NCBI GenBank assembly: GCA_934660865.1
Contig: CAKUIA010000004.1
Coordinates: 60,001-92,000, forward strand
Length of the DNA: 32,000 nt
Origin: an uncultured Opitutales bacterium
GTDB lineage: Bacteria; Verrucomicrobiota; Verrucomicrobiia; Opitutales; Intestinicryptomonadaceae
Direction of reading: 5' to 3'
The notes beneath the pieces are model-generated. The model was given only the letters and a program-made list of their open reading frames with translations. It did no database searches and was not told the origin of the DNA. Shown here piece after piece: positions 1 through 9,406 of the stretch (position 1 is the stretch's first letter; each line of letters opens with the position of its first letter). Both the position numbers and the translations under genes were made by a program.

Positions 1-29
1 AAAAATTTTCAACCTTTTTTTGGCGCAAA

Positions 30-617
30 TTACAAAGAGTCTACAATGCCGTCTGCCAGGCCGTATTCGACCGCCTCTTTGGCCGTCATAAAGAAATCCC
101 TGTCGGTGTCTTTGCGGATTTTTTCGAGCGGCTGGCCCGAGGCGTCCGACAATATCTTGTTTAGGATATCCCTCATTCTTTCCATTTCGCGCGCCTGAAT
201 GTGAATGTCTACGGCAGTTCCGCTAAATTCGCCCATAATGAGTGGCTGGTGTATCATAACGCTTGCGTTGGGGAACAAAAACCTTTTGCCCTTTTTTGCC
301 GCGCTTAAAAGAATGGAGCCCATGCTCATTGCAATGCCGGTTACCACAATCTTTACGGGCGCACTTATAAGCTTTATGGTGTCGTATAGCGCCATGCCCG
401 CGTTTATCGAGCCGCCGGGGGTGCTTAGGTATATGGTAATTTCGGCCTTTTTGTCCATCATATCCAGATACAAAAGCTTTTTTACCGCATCCGCGCACGA
501 TTCGTCGTTAACTTCGCCGAAAAAGAATATCTTTCGCTCGTCTATAAATTTTTTTTGTATTTGCTGGGCAATAGCTTCGCTATTCTTCTCTTTTTTGTCG
601 CATTCTTCGTTTTTCAT
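30..617 (-). CDS. clpP: ATP-dependent Clp protease proteolytic subunit ClpP
   Basis: 195 aa. ClpP-family layout with TPGGS, catalytic-Ser context GIAMSMGS, His in MIHQP and Asp in DTDRD. ATG at 615-617. Starts 5 nt after the metW stop. Confidence 0.92.
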   Translation of the reverse strand: MKNEECDKKEKNSEAIAQQIQKKFIDERKIFFFGEVNDESCADAVKKLLYLDMMDKKAEITIYLSTPGGSINAGMALYDTIKLISAPVKIVVTGIAMSMGSILLSAAKKGKRFLFPNASVMIHQPLIMGEFSGTAVDIHIQAREMERMRDILNKILSDASGQPLEKIRKDTDRDFFMTAKEAVEYGLADGIVDSL

Positions 618-622
618 AAATC

Positions 623-1231
623 CTATTTTTTTGATATTTCAAATATGGCGTAGCCCGCAAAAAGGTTGGGCATAAATTTGCAGGGGCTTTGCCAGTTGCC
701 TTTTAAAAAGTGCCTTTTTTCTATCACTATGCCGTTATCGGCGCAGTATTTTTCGAAAGACTTAACGCTAATGTCGTTTGTGGGAACTGCGCTAGACCAT
801 TCTTCGGGGTAAACTTCGTTTAAAACGCGGCTGCCGCTAAGGGCTATTTTTAGCCTGTTAAGCCAAAAGCCGTAGTTTACAAAACCCACCGCAACGTGGT
901 TGCCCACGCGCAGGGCCTCTTTTATTACGGCGTCGGGATTGCCCAATTCGGGAAGGGTTCTCGAGCACACAACCCAGTCGAACGACTTGTCGGCAAAGCT
1001 GTTTACCGTTTTAAGAATGTCGCCGTGGATTACGTTTACGCCCCTTCGTATGGCTCTTGTAATCTTGTCGAAATCCAAGTCTACGCCAACGGCATAAATG
1101 CGTTTTGTGCGCATAAGCTCTTCAAGCAAAAGCCCCCTGCCGCACCCCAAATCGAGCACGCTGGAAGCGTCGGCAATCCAACTTCTTATTGCCGAAAGCT
1201 CTATCTTGCGCTTGTCTCTATACTTAGACAT
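623..1231 (-). CDS. metW: methionine biosynthesis protein MetW (SAM-methyltransferase-like)
   Basis: 202 aa with methyltransferase motif I, VLDLGCGRGLL. Overall MetW-like and overlaps the metX stop by 8 nt, the classic metX-metW pairing. Confidence 0.85.
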   Translation of the reverse strand: MSKYRDKRKIELSAIRSWIADASSVLDLGCGRGLLLEELMRTKRIYAVGVDLDFDKITRAIRRGVNVIHGDILKTVNSFADKSFDWVVCSRTLPELGNPDAVIKEALRVGNHVAVGFVNYGFWLNRLKIALSGSRVLNEVYPEEWSSAVPTNDISVKSFEKYCADNGIVIEKRHFLKGNWQSPCKFMPNLFAGYAIFEISKK

Positions 1232-2357
1232 TTAAAAAGTTCTCTATAATTGCATAAAGTTTTGGCGAGTGAATCAAGAACGAATCGTGCCCCTGGTCGC
1301 TTTCTATTTCGACATAGCTTGCGTTCTTTTTAGCCCTAATTAGGGCCAATGCAATTTCCCTGTTTTGCTCGGGCAAAAACAGCCAGTCGGAGGTAAAGCC
1401 AACGGTCATAACCTTTGCCTTTACGTTTTTAAAGGCCTCTTCAAGCGTTTTGCAGTGGCCCCTTAAATCGAACAAATCCAAGGCCTTTGTAAGGTATAGA
1501 TACGTGTTTGCGTCGAACCTGTTTACAAAGGTTTTGCCCTGGTGGTGCAAATAGCGCTCAACCTGAAAGCTTGGCGCAAACGGATTTTGCAAATTAAGCT
1601 CTACTTTGCGGCCGAATTTGTCGTCCATTCCCTTGTCGGACAAATACGTTATGTGCGCCATCATTCGCGCAACGCCCAAGCCCACCGCGGGCTGGTGTTC
1701 GTAGTCGCCGCCGTTCCAGGCTTCGTCGCTCATAATTGCGTGGCGGCCCACTTCGTTAAAGGCAATGGCCTGCGCATTTTGGTGCGAAGTTGTCGCCAGC
1801 CCCAAAACCCTTTGAACTCTGTCAGGGTAGCTTACGGCCCACTGCAGCGCCTGCATGCCGCCCATAGACCCTCCTATTACGAGGGCAAGTTTTTCTATTC
1901 CCAAATGGTCCAGCAAGCGCGCCTGCGCGTTTACCATGTCGCCAATCGTGTAGACGGGAAACGTTAAATTCCACCTTTTGCCCGTTTTCGGGTTTATGCT
2001 GTTTGGCCCCGTGCTTCCCCTGCAGCCGCCTATGCAGTTGCTGCAAATTACGAAATATTTTTCGGTGTCCAAGGGCTTGTTGGGACCGACAATGTTGTTC
2101 CACCAACCCGTTTTTTTGTCGTTAATGCCGTATACGCCCGCAACATGGTGGTCGCCCGTAAGGGCGTGGCAAACCAGCACCGCGTTGGATTTGTCGGCGT
2201 TAAGCTTGCCGTAGGTTTCGTACCTGATATTGAATTCGTCCAAAGACGACCCCAACTCGAGCTCTAGCGGAGTTTTGCTGTAAAAATCGCTATACGAAAC
2301 AATGCCGACTTCGCCCGCTTGGGCTTGGCGGAAATTTTCTGGTTCAAAATCGTTCAT
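1224..2357 (-). CDS. metX: homoserine O-acetyltransferase MetX
   Basis: Alpha/beta-hydrolase MetX signatures: CHALTGDHH, nucleophile motif GGSMGGMQAL, and C-terminal GHDSFL. The ORF track starts at a TTG (2402). The ATG at 2357 (MNDFEP...) looks more plausible, but the start is uncertain by 45 nt. Confidence 0.9.
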   Translation of the reverse strand: MNDFEPENFRQAQAGEVGIVSYSDFYSKTPLELELGSSLDEFNIRYETYGKLNADKSNAVLVCHALTGDHHVAGVYGINDKKTGWWNNIVGPNKPLDTEKYFVICSNCIGGCRGSTGPNSINPKTGKRWNLTFPVYTIGDMVNAQARLLDHLGIEKLALVIGGSMGGMQALQWAVSYPDRVQRVLGLATTSHQNAQAIAFNEVGRHAIMSDEAWNGGDYEHQPAVGLGVARMMAHITYLSDKGMDDKFGRKVELNLQNPFAPSFQVERYLHHQGKTFVNRFDANTYLYLTKALDLFDLRGHCKTLEEAFKNVKAKVMTVGFTSDWLFLPEQNREIALALIRAKKNASYVEIESDQGHDSFLIHSPKLYAIIENFLNV

Positions 2358-2469
2358 TATATTTTTTGCCCCGGCAACCTTTGCCGAAGTATAAAAAATC
2401 AATGTTCACATTCTTGACGAACAAATGCGAATATCAAGCATTTTTATAACGGCAAAAAGCGGTTTTGAG

Positions 2470-3813
2470 CTAAACGGTTTTCGAGTGTCGGGCAAAAGAC
2501 CTGCCGTCGAAAAGCATTGCGACATTGCGCATAAACACCCTGCCGAAATCGAGCAGCCAAAACGAGTATTCGCCGTCGAATTCCAAAAGCCCGTCGGCTT
2601 GCATTTCCAGCAGCTTCGGCCTTGCAATGTCGAAAATCCTTTTATATTCGGCAATTTCGGAGGGCTCGAAAACGCTTTCCGAGACTTTTAGCAGGCACAT
2701 TATAGACATAATCGCCTTGCGGCGCAGAATGTCGTCGGCGCTTAAAACAACGCCCCTTTCCACGGGCAAAACGCCGCTGTTTATGTCGGAGTAATATTTT
2801 TGCATATCCTTTCGGTTTTGCCTGTAGCTGTTTTTTGTCTGCGAAATGGAGGTTAGCCCTATGCCGAAGCCGTCTATGCCCGAATGTGTGCTATAGCCCT
2901 GAAAATTTCTCTGCAAAGTGCCGTCTTTTCGCGCCTTTACCAGTTCGTCCTGCGGCTTTGCAAAGTGATCTAAGCCTATATACAAAAAGCCCGCGTTTTC
3001 GAAAGTTTGCTTTGCAAGCAAAAAACATTCAACCTTTTCGTCGGCCGAAATAAATTCGTATTTTTCCAGCGCCTTTTGCGAGGTTTTAAGCCACGGAACG
3101 TGCGCGTAGTTGAAAAGCGAAATTCTTGTGGGATTAAGCTGCAAAACGTCGCCGAGCGTCTTTTCAAAAGCCTTTAAAGTTTGCAGCGGCAGGCCGTAAA
3201 TTAAGTCGGCGTTAATGTGGGTTATGCCCGCATTTCGCAGGGCGTCAAAAGTCGCCAAGTTCATCGACTGCGGCTGCACGCGGTTTATGGCCTTTTGCAC
3301 AAAGTCGTTGGTATCTTGCAGGCCTATTGAAGCCCTGTTTACGCCTATGTCGGCAAAGGCCTTTATTTTTTGCCCCGTCAAAGTTCTGGGGTCCAGCTCC
3401 GCCGAAAACTCGCACAAAGGCGACTTTTCGAAATATTTTTCGATTATCGAGTTAAGCCTGTAGATTTGCGAAGCGCTTAAGAAGTTGGGTGTGCCCCCGC
3501 CGAAGTGTATTTGCCCAAGCGTTTTTTTGCATAGCCCCCTGTTTTGCCAAAGTTTTAGCTCGGCGTCCAAAGCGTCCAAATAAGAATCGGCTTTCGAAAT
3601 ATCCAAACACACGCTTGAAGAGCACGCGCAAAAAAAACACTGCGAGGCGCAAAAGGGAATGTGCACATATAGCGACAAGGCGTTTGAACCGTTTACCGCG
3701 CGCTCGATTAGGGCCTCTTTGTTTTCGCTTTCGGCAAAATGCACGGCCGTCGGATACGATGTGTATCTGGGGCCGTTTGCCGCGTATTTGTCTATAAGCT
3801 GTTTTAAATTCAT
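2470..3813 (-). CDS. hemN: oxygen-independent coproporphyrinogen III oxidase (radical SAM) HemN
   Basis: N-terminal GPRYTSYPT motif and radical-SAM CxxxCxxC (PFCASQCFFCAC). About 448 aa from the ATG at 3811-3813, which forms an ATGA overlap with the hemE stop. The track ORF start at 4047 is an out-of-frame overlap with hemE. Confidence 0.9.
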   Translation of the reverse strand: MNLKQLIDKYAANGPRYTSYPTAVHFAESENKEALIERAVNGSNALSLYVHIPFCASQCFFCACSSSVCLDISKADSYLDALDAELKLWQNRGLCKKTLGQIHFGGGTPNFLSASQIYRLNSIIEKYFEKSPLCEFSAELDPRTLTGQKIKAFADIGVNRASIGLQDTNDFVQKAINRVQPQSMNLATFDALRNAGITHINADLIYGLPLQTLKAFEKTLGDVLQLNPTRISLFNYAHVPWLKTSQKALEKYEFISADEKVECFLLAKQTFENAGFLYIGLDHFAKPQDELVKARKDGTLQRNFQGYSTHSGIDGFGIGLTSISQTKNSYRQNRKDMQKYYSDINSGVLPVERGVVLSADDILRRKAIMSIMCLLKVSESVFEPSEIAEYKRIFDIARPKLLEMQADGLLEFDGEYSFWLLDFGRVFMRNVAMLFDGRSFARHSKTV

Positions 3814-4832
3814 TTCATTACCGCCTTGCAAATGGCATATACGTTTTCGAGTTTTGCGTTCGGGGTAATGCCGTGCCCCAAATTGAAAATGTGCCCGCCA
3901 ATGTTTTTCATATCGTCGACAATTTCGGCCGCCTTTTGCGCAATCTCCTGCTCGGTTGAAAATTCTAGCATGGCGTTGTTTAGATTGCCCTGCAGCGCAT
4001 AGTCGCCCTTGTAGGCCGCCTTTAGCTGCGACAGTTTTACGCCGCAATTTACGCTGTAGGCCGAAGCGTTTGTCTTTAGCATTTCGCCGAAAATGTCGGA
4101 GGCGTTAAGCGCAAAAAGTATGCTTTTTGCGTTTTCGGGAAGCTGCAAAAGTGCGGCGTTTATGTATTTGCCCGAACACCGCCAATAGTTTTTAGCCCCC
4201 AGCAAATGCGAGTGCGAATCGAAAATCTGTATTGCGTCGGCATTGCATTTAAACTGGGCTTTTATGTACAAGCCTACGGCAGCCGACAGTTTCTCCATAA
4301 GCGTTGCAAAAAGTTCCGGCTCGTTTTTTATAAAATCCGAATAGCGCGGGAAATTTTTTGAAGATTCGCCCTCTATAAGGTATGCGCCCAATGTAAACGG
4401 GCTTGCCGAAAAGCCCAAAACCGCCTTTTCGGGCAACGCATTTCTAAGGAGCTTTAGCGCGTCCAAAACATATCCCAATTTTTCGCAAACAGTATCGGCG
4501 CTTAAATTTTCAATGTCTTTTTTCGACGAAATTCTCCCCGAAAAAACAAGGCCTTTGCCGTCTATAAAGTTGTAGCCATAGCCGAGAGCCTCGGCCAAAA
4601 CGAGTATGTCGGAAAACAATATCGCGCAGTCGAAATCGAAACGCTCTATTGGCTGCAGGGCCGCCTGCAAGGCAAGTTCGGGCGTTTTTACCAAATTAAG
4701 AAAACCGCCGTGCCTTTCCTTTAAATCTCTATATTCGGGCAAATACCTGCCCGCCTGCCTCATAATCCACAGCGGCGGCCTGCTGGTTTTTTTGCCGCAA
4801 ACGGCGTCGCAAAAAAGTCGGCGCGAATCCAT
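3810..4832 (-). CDS. hemE: uroporphyrinogen decarboxylase HemE
   Basis: 340 aa with the hallmark PPLWIMRQAGRYLPEYR N-terminal motif. Translationally coupled to hemN. Confidence 0.93.
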   Translation of the reverse strand: MDSRRLFCDAVCGKKTSRPPLWIMRQAGRYLPEYRDLKERHGGFLNLVKTPELALQAALQPIERFDFDCAILFSDILVLAEALGYGYNFIDGKGLVFSGRISSKKDIENLSADTVCEKLGYVLDALKLLRNALPEKAVLGFSASPFTLGAYLIEGESSKNFPRYSDFIKNEPELFATLMEKLSAAVGLYIKAQFKCNADAIQIFDSHSHLLGAKNYWRCSGKYINAALLQLPENAKSILFALNASDIFGEMLKTNASAYSVNCGVKLSQLKAAYKGDYALQGNLNNAMLEFSTEQEIAQKAAEIVDDMKNIGGHIFNLGHGITPNAKLENVYAICKAVMK

Positions 4833-4833
4833 C

Positions 4834-6363
4834 TTATTTGGCCTTTCTAAATATGTTAAATGCGCTTAGCTGCCTAAAGCCCAGCAGTTTTAACGCGCCC
4901 AAATAGCACAACATTGCAAGCGGAAACACCGCCAAACAAACCGTGCCCGACAGCAATTTAGGCTGCAAAATATGCGCCGCCAGCACGCATTTAAGCGCGT
5001 ATGCAAACACGCCCATAACCGCGCTTGCCGCCGCAATCTTTGCAAAGTCTAAAAATATTTTAACCGTGCCTATGCGGCGCACAAAAAAGTGCCTTAAAAC
5101 CAGATACTGGACAACTGCCGCCAACGCGTTTGCCGCGGCCAGACCAAGCGCGTTAAACTTGAACATAAGCGCAAGCGAAAACAATAGATTCGCCAAAAAC
5201 GTAAACGCCGAAGCCGCAAGCGGAATTTTCGTATTCTTTTTGGAAAAGAACGCCCTAACCGCCAAGGTGGAAGCCGAAATAAACGGCAGCGACAGCGCGC
5301 TTACTACAACTATGGGCGCGCATATCGCCAAGTCGGCGCTGCCGAACGATTTCCATTCAAACAAAAAGCCGAGTATGTCGCGGCTAAAAAGCGCAAGCCC
5401 TACCGTTGCCGGAATGCTTATTGCGTTTACGCCCACCAATGCCTTGGAATATTCCGACAAATATTTTGCTTTGTCGCCGTCGGAATTTAGCATTGCAAGT
5501 TTCGGGAAATAGACGGTGGCAACGGCAACGGCAAACACGCCCAAGGGAAGCTCCAACAGCCTGCTGGACAAGTGCAAAGCAGCCACCGCATAGTCGGCAA
5601 TCCAAAAACCGAATATTTTGGAAACTAGCACGTTTATTTGAACCACCGAAGCCCCCAGCAATGCGGGCAAAAACAGTTTAAACAAAACGCCAAGCTCTTT
5701 CGACTTCGAAAAGTCCACCCTGTAGCGCCAACCCCTATTCCTCAGCAATACCGCGGGAATTGCAAGCTGTATTACGCCGCCTAGCAAAATGCCCGAACAC
5801 GCAAAATACACAATGTTTACCTGCTCGGTGCAAAAGAATACGCCCAGCAAAAACGACACTATCATTGATATGTTAAGGCATATTGCCCCTATCGACGGCA
5901 GCCCGAAGCTGCCCAAAACATTCAGCGCCGAAACCCCCAGGGCGGCCAGGCATATAAAAAAGGCATACGGCATAAGTATTGCCGAAAACAGCGCCCCCAA
6001 AGAATATTTTTGAGAATCGGCAAAGCCCGAATAATACAGCAAAGCCCCCGCCATTACAATGCCCACAAGCACAATCAGCGCCAAGCCCGCCCACGACAGA
6101 ACCTGGTTTAAAAACTTAAAAGCCTTTTGGTTGCCGCCCTCTTTATATGCCGAGGCAAAAACGGGAACCATAGCCGAGCTTAGCGCGCCCTCGCCCATAA
6201 GCCTTCTAAGCAAATTCGGCAGCGCAAAAGCGAAAAGAAAGGCCGAATTTACCACGCTTGTGCCCAAATACATAAACGTAAGCATATCGCGCACAAGCCC
6301 CAGCAACCTAGACCCTACGGTAGAGGACGCAACTTTTATAACGTTTTTAAGGCTTTCGGTCAT
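4834..6363 (-). CDS. murJ: lipid II flippase MurJ (MviN family)
   Basis: Polytopic membrane protein. N-terminus SRLLGLVRDML...FALPNLLRRLMGEGALSSAMVPVF matches the MurJ signature. Start trimmed to the ATG at 6363 (MTESLKNV...). The basic 78-aa extension in the track ORF is not credible. Confidence 0.88.
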   Translation of the reverse strand: MTESLKNVIKVASSTVGSRLLGLVRDMLTFMYLGTSVVNSAFLFAFALPNLLRRLMGEGALSSAMVPVFASAYKEGGNQKAFKFLNQVLSWAGLALIVLVGIVMAGALLYYSGFADSQKYSLGALFSAILMPYAFFICLAALGVSALNVLGSFGLPSIGAICLNISMIVSFLLGVFFCTEQVNIVYFACSGILLGGVIQLAIPAVLLRNRGWRYRVDFSKSKELGVLFKLFLPALLGASVVQINVLVSKIFGFWIADYAVAALHLSSRLLELPLGVFAVAVATVYFPKLAMLNSDGDKAKYLSEYSKALVGVNAISIPATVGLALFSRDILGFLFEWKSFGSADLAICAPIVVVSALSLPFISASTLAVRAFFSKKNTKIPLAASAFTFLANLLFSLALMFKFNALGLAAANALAAVVQYLVLRHFFVRRIGTVKIFLDFAKIAAASAVMGVFAYALKCVLAAHILQPKLLSGTVCLAVFPLAMLCYLGALKLLGFRQLSAFNIFRKAK

Positions 6364-6392
6364 AAAACTTAAACTTTTGCACAAAATGTACC

Positions 6393-7196
6393 CTAGCGCA
6401 AACCGAAAAAGCTTTCGGCGTTGCGCGTTGTAATTTCCGAAATTTCCTCCAAACTTATCCCGAACAGTTTTGCCGAATATTCGGCTATGTGTTTTATGTT
6501 TGCCGGCTCGTTTACCGTGCCCCTTACGGGAACGGGCGCCAAATAGGGGCAGTCGGTTTCGAACATAAGTTTTTCCAGCCCCTGGCAAAGCATGCAATCC
6601 CTCATTTGCTGGGCGTTTTTATAGGTTACAATTCCCGTAAACGAAGCCCTTGCCCCCGTTTGCATAAGCTCTTTTAGCTCGTCGGGTGTGCCGCTAAAGC
6701 AGTGGAACACGACTTTCGCCATATCTACCCCCGATTTTTTAAGAATTTCCAACGCATCTAAAACAGCGCTTCTTGCGTGAATGCAAACGGGGCAATCCAT
6801 ATCCTTTGCAAATTCAAGCTGTCGGGCAAAAACCTTTTTTTGCAGGGCAACCTTTTCGGCTATCTCGCAGCAGGTGCCTTCCATTTTATAAAAATCCAGC
6901 CCTATTTCGCCTATGGCTTTCGGGGCAAATTCGCCGTCGGCAAAATACGGGCACAGCCCGTCCAAAGCCGCAATCGAGTCGCCGTCTATCTCGGTTGGGT
7001 GCAGCCCCACGCACCAGTAAAGCCTGTCGGGAAACTGCCTTACCGCTTTGGAATAATAGCTCCAGTCGTTTACCCTGGCCGAAGCGTTTACAATTTTTCC
7101 GACTCCGTTTAGGGCGGCGCGGTTTACAATGTCGGCAAGGGTAAAACCTTCCTTTAAAGAATCCCTTTCCAAATGTGCATGGGTGTCGATAAGCAT
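6393..7196 (-). CDS. TatD-family metal-dependent hydrolase/DNase
   Basis: MLIDTHAHL N-terminal HxH metal motif, TIM-barrel TatD-like sequence with ETDCPYLAP near the C-terminus. ATG at 7196. An alternative GTG lies at 7214. Confidence 0.85.
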   Translation of the reverse strand: MLIDTHAHLERDSLKEGFTLADIVNRAALNGVGKIVNASARVNDWSYYSKAVRQFPDRLYWCVGLHPTEIDGDSIAALDGLCPYFADGEFAPKAIGEIGLDFYKMEGTCCEIAEKVALQKKVFARQLEFAKDMDCPVCIHARSAVLDALEILKKSGVDMAKVVFHCFSGTPDELKELMQTGARASFTGIVTYKNAQQMRDCMLCQGLEKLMFETDCPYLAPVPVRGTVNEPANIKHIAEYSAKLFGISLEEISEITTRNAESFFGLR

Positions 7197-7242
7197 ATTG
7201 GAAAAATATTCCACTTATGTCGGATACAATCAAGAGATTTTA

Positions 7243-7273
7243 TTGACGATATTGCCGATAAAAGATTTATATT
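7243..7273 (+). promoter_or_regulatory. sigma70-like promoter candidate for trxB
   Basis: TTGACG at 7243-7248. -10 candidates are TTTATA (17-nt spacer) or TATATT (19-nt spacer, 7268-7273). The predicted TSS falls at or within a few nt of the ATG at 7280, and there is no SD. Confidence 0.35.
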
Positions 7274-7279
7274 TTTGTT

Positions 7280-8197
7280 ATGGAAAAGATTGTTATAGCG
7301 GGAAGCGGGTGTGCGGGGCTAACGGCTGCGATTTACGCGGCAAGGGCGGGGCTAAGCCCGCTTGTTATAGAGGGCGCCCAGCCGGGCGGAATTTTAACGA
7401 CCACATCGAATGTCGAAAACTTCCCCGGCTTTGCCGACGGCATAGACGGCTTTACCCTTTTGTGGAATATGCGAAAACAAGCCGAAAAATTCGGCGCGCG
7501 CTTTTTAAGCGACCAAATTGCTGGCGCCGACTTAAAATCTACCCCAAAAAAAATCGCGTTGCAGTCGTCGCAAACCATTGAATGCGAAAAAATAATTTTG
7601 GCTTTGGGAGCAAAGCCGAAACTGACAGGGGCCAAAAACGAGGAAACCTTTTACGGCGGAGGGGGAGTTTCGACCTGCGCTACCTGCGACGGCGCATTCT
7701 ACAAAAACAAGACAGTTGCCGTTGTAGGCGGGGGCGATTCTGCGGCCGAAGAAGCCCTGTTTTTAACCAAATTTGCCCAAAAGGTATTCTTAATCCACCG
7801 CAGAGACTCTCTTAGGGCGTCGGATTTGATGGCGAAAAGGGTTTTAAGCAACCCCAAAATTACGCCCGTTTGGAACAGCACCGTAAGCGAAGTTTTGGGC
7901 GAAAACGGCAAAGTTTGCGCCCTTGTGTTGAAAGACACAACCAATGCAAGCAGCACAACACTGCAAACAAGCGCAATGTTTGTTGCCATTGGCAGCACGC
8001 CGAATACCGGCTTTTGCAAAGGCCAGCTTGATATGGACAAAAACGGATACATAATTCCGCAAAACGGCTCGCTTGTAAAAACAAACATTGCAAACGTGTT
8101 CGCCGCGGGCGACTGTTGCGACCCCGAATTTAGGCAGGCTATAACCGCTGCGGCCACGGGGGCAATGGCGGCTATTTTGTGCTCCAAAGAAGGCTAA
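7280..8197 (+). CDS. trxB: thioredoxin-disulfide reductase
   Basis: 305 aa. FAD motif GSGCAGLTAAIYAAR, redox-active CATCDG, and NADPH motif GGGDSAAEEA. Confidence 0.94.
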   Translation: MEKIVIAGSGCAGLTAAIYAARAGLSPLVIEGAQPGGILTTTSNVENFPGFADGIDGFTLLWNMRKQAEKFGARFLSDQIAGADLKSTPKKIALQSSQTIECEKIILALGAKPKLTGAKNEETFYGGGGVSTCATCDGAFYKNKTVAVVGGGDSAAEEALFLTKFAQKVFLIHRRDSLRASDLMAKRVLSNPKITPVWNSTVSEVLGENGKVCALVLKDTTNASSTTLQTSAMFVAIGSTPNTGFCKGQLDMDKNGYIIPQNGSLVKTNIANVFAAGDCCDPEFRQAITAAATGAMAAILCSKEG

Positions 8198-8221
8198 TTT
8201 TAACGCAAAATTTCGCACAAA

Positions 8222-8254
8222 CAAAAAACCGCGGCAAAAGCTGCGGTTTTTTGT
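8222..8254. terminator. bidirectional intrinsic terminator between convergent trxB and hisG
   Basis: Stem CCGCGGC/GCTGCGG (one G-U on the plus strand) with an AAAA loop. Flanked by an A-run (8223-8228) and a T-run (8247-8252). Confidence 0.75.
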
Positions 8255-8275
8255 TATATAAAATTGCTTTAAGTA

Positions 8276-9136
8276 TTAGGGAATAACCTTGTTTAGGGGA
8301 TATTCTACAATGCCTTCGGCGCCCAAGCTTTTCAGGGTCGGGATTATGTCGCGGACAACCTCTTCCTGAACGATTGTTTCGATTGCAACCCATGCGGGGT
8401 CCGACAACTGCGAAACCGTGGGCTTTCTCAACGCAGGCAGGCTCGAAATTACCTTCGAAACATTCGCCTTGGGTAGGTTCATCTTCAGCCCTACCTTGTG
8501 TACGGCCTCCAGCGCGCCCTTTAAGAGCATTGCAATGGTTTCTATCTTGGCGCGTTTTTCGGGGTTTTCCCAAGCGGCTTTGTTTGCGATAAGCTTTGTG
8601 TTTGTATACATCATAGTGGCTATGATGCGCAGGCGGTTTGCCCTTATCGACGAGCCCGTTTCGGTAATGTCGGCTATTGCGTCTACCAAGTCGGGAACTT
8701 TGATTTCGGTTGCGCCCCACGAAAATTCGACATCGGCGTTAACCTGGTTGTCGGCCAAATATTTTTTTGTTACGTTTACCAGCTCGGTTGCAATGCGTTT
8801 GCCTTCCAGGTCTTTTACGGTTTGAATCGGAGAATCCTCCTTAACGCAAATTACCCACTTCGATTTCAACGCGGTGGCCTTGCTGTAGATTAGGTCGCAA
8901 ACTTCCACAACGTCGCTGGAGTTTTCCAAAATCCAGTCGTAGCCGGTAAGACCGCAATCGAAAAAGCCAAGCTCTACATAGCGGCTTATTTCCTGCGCAC
9001 GTACAAAGCGCCCGTCGAGTTCGGGGTCGTCTATGGACGGCTTGTACGAACGGCTGCTTTTTGTGATGTTCCAGCCCGCCTTTTTAAAGAGGGCCATTGT
9101 TGATTCTTCAAGGCTTCCTTTGGGAAAACCGAACAT
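8276..9136 (-). CDS. hisG: ATP phosphoribosyltransferase, long form (with C-terminal regulatory domain)
   Basis: [11 protein letters not shown] start and HisG catalytic core, plus a C-terminal domain of about 80 aa. ATG at 9134-9136. The track ORF start at 9229 runs through the tRNA-Ala gene. Confidence 0.9.
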   Translation of the reverse strand: MFGFPKGSLEESTMALFKKAGWNITKSSRSYKPSIDDPELDGRFVRAQEISRYVELGFFDCGLTGYDWILENSSDVVEVCDLIYSKATALKSKWVICVKEDSPIQTVKDLEGKRIATELVNVTKKYLADNQVNADVEFSWGATEIKVPDLVDAIADITETGSSIRANRLRIIATMMYTNTKLIANKAAWENPEKRAKIETIAMLLKGALEAVHKVGLKMNLPKANVSKVISSLPALRKPTVSQLSDPAWVAIETIVQEEVVRDIIPTLKSLGAEGIVEYPLNKVIP

Positions 9137-9187
9137 TATAAGTGGATTGCTCACTAGTTTTACCTTGCTTGATGTGAATATGAAAAA

Positions 9188-9260
9188 TGGAGACGATCGG
9201 GTTCGAACCGACGACCTCCACAATGCCATTGTGGCGCTCTTCCAACTGAGCTACGTCCCC
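9188..9260 (-). tRNA. tRNA-Ala (anticodon GGC)
   Basis: Hand-folded 73-nt cloverleaf: acceptor GGGGACG/CGTCTCC with the G3:U70 Ala identity pair, anticodon loop AUGGCAU, T-loop TTCGAAC. CCA is not encoded. Confidence 0.93.
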
Positions 9261-9286
9261 TAAATATTAGAAAAATTAAAGTGGCT

Positions 9287-9314
9287 ACTTTACCGTATTT
9301 GCATTTGCAGTCAA
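9287..9314 (-). promoter_or_regulatory. sigma70-like promoter candidate upstream of tRNA-Ala
   Basis: On the minus strand, TTGACT, a 16-nt spacer, then TAAAGT, ending about 26 nt upstream of the mature tRNA 5' end. Same -35/-10 pattern as the candidate at 10449-10476. Confidence 0.4.
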
Positions 9315-9406
9315 CAAAAATTTTACTTTTTTTACGGAATGTACGTCGGATTGCAAACTTGCATAAATATTTTGTCGGCAAAAAACGGCATTTAAAAAGC
9401 TTTTTG

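Noticed and set aside
3814-4047. N-terminal extensions in several ORF-track entries: hemN to 4047, murJ to 6597, hisG to 9229, secE to 31330 and the GGGtGRT gene from 11207.
   Set aside because: The extensions are Arg/Lys/Gly-rich junk. They overlap the upstream gene or run through tRNA genes (hisG and secE). The conserved family N-termini begin at internal ATGs, some with ATGA coupling or an SD.
8172-8720. A 182-aa minus-strand ORF overlapping hisG in another frame.
   Set aside because: It is an Arg/Gly/Asn-rich alternative frame of the well-supported hisG gene, with no independent evidence.
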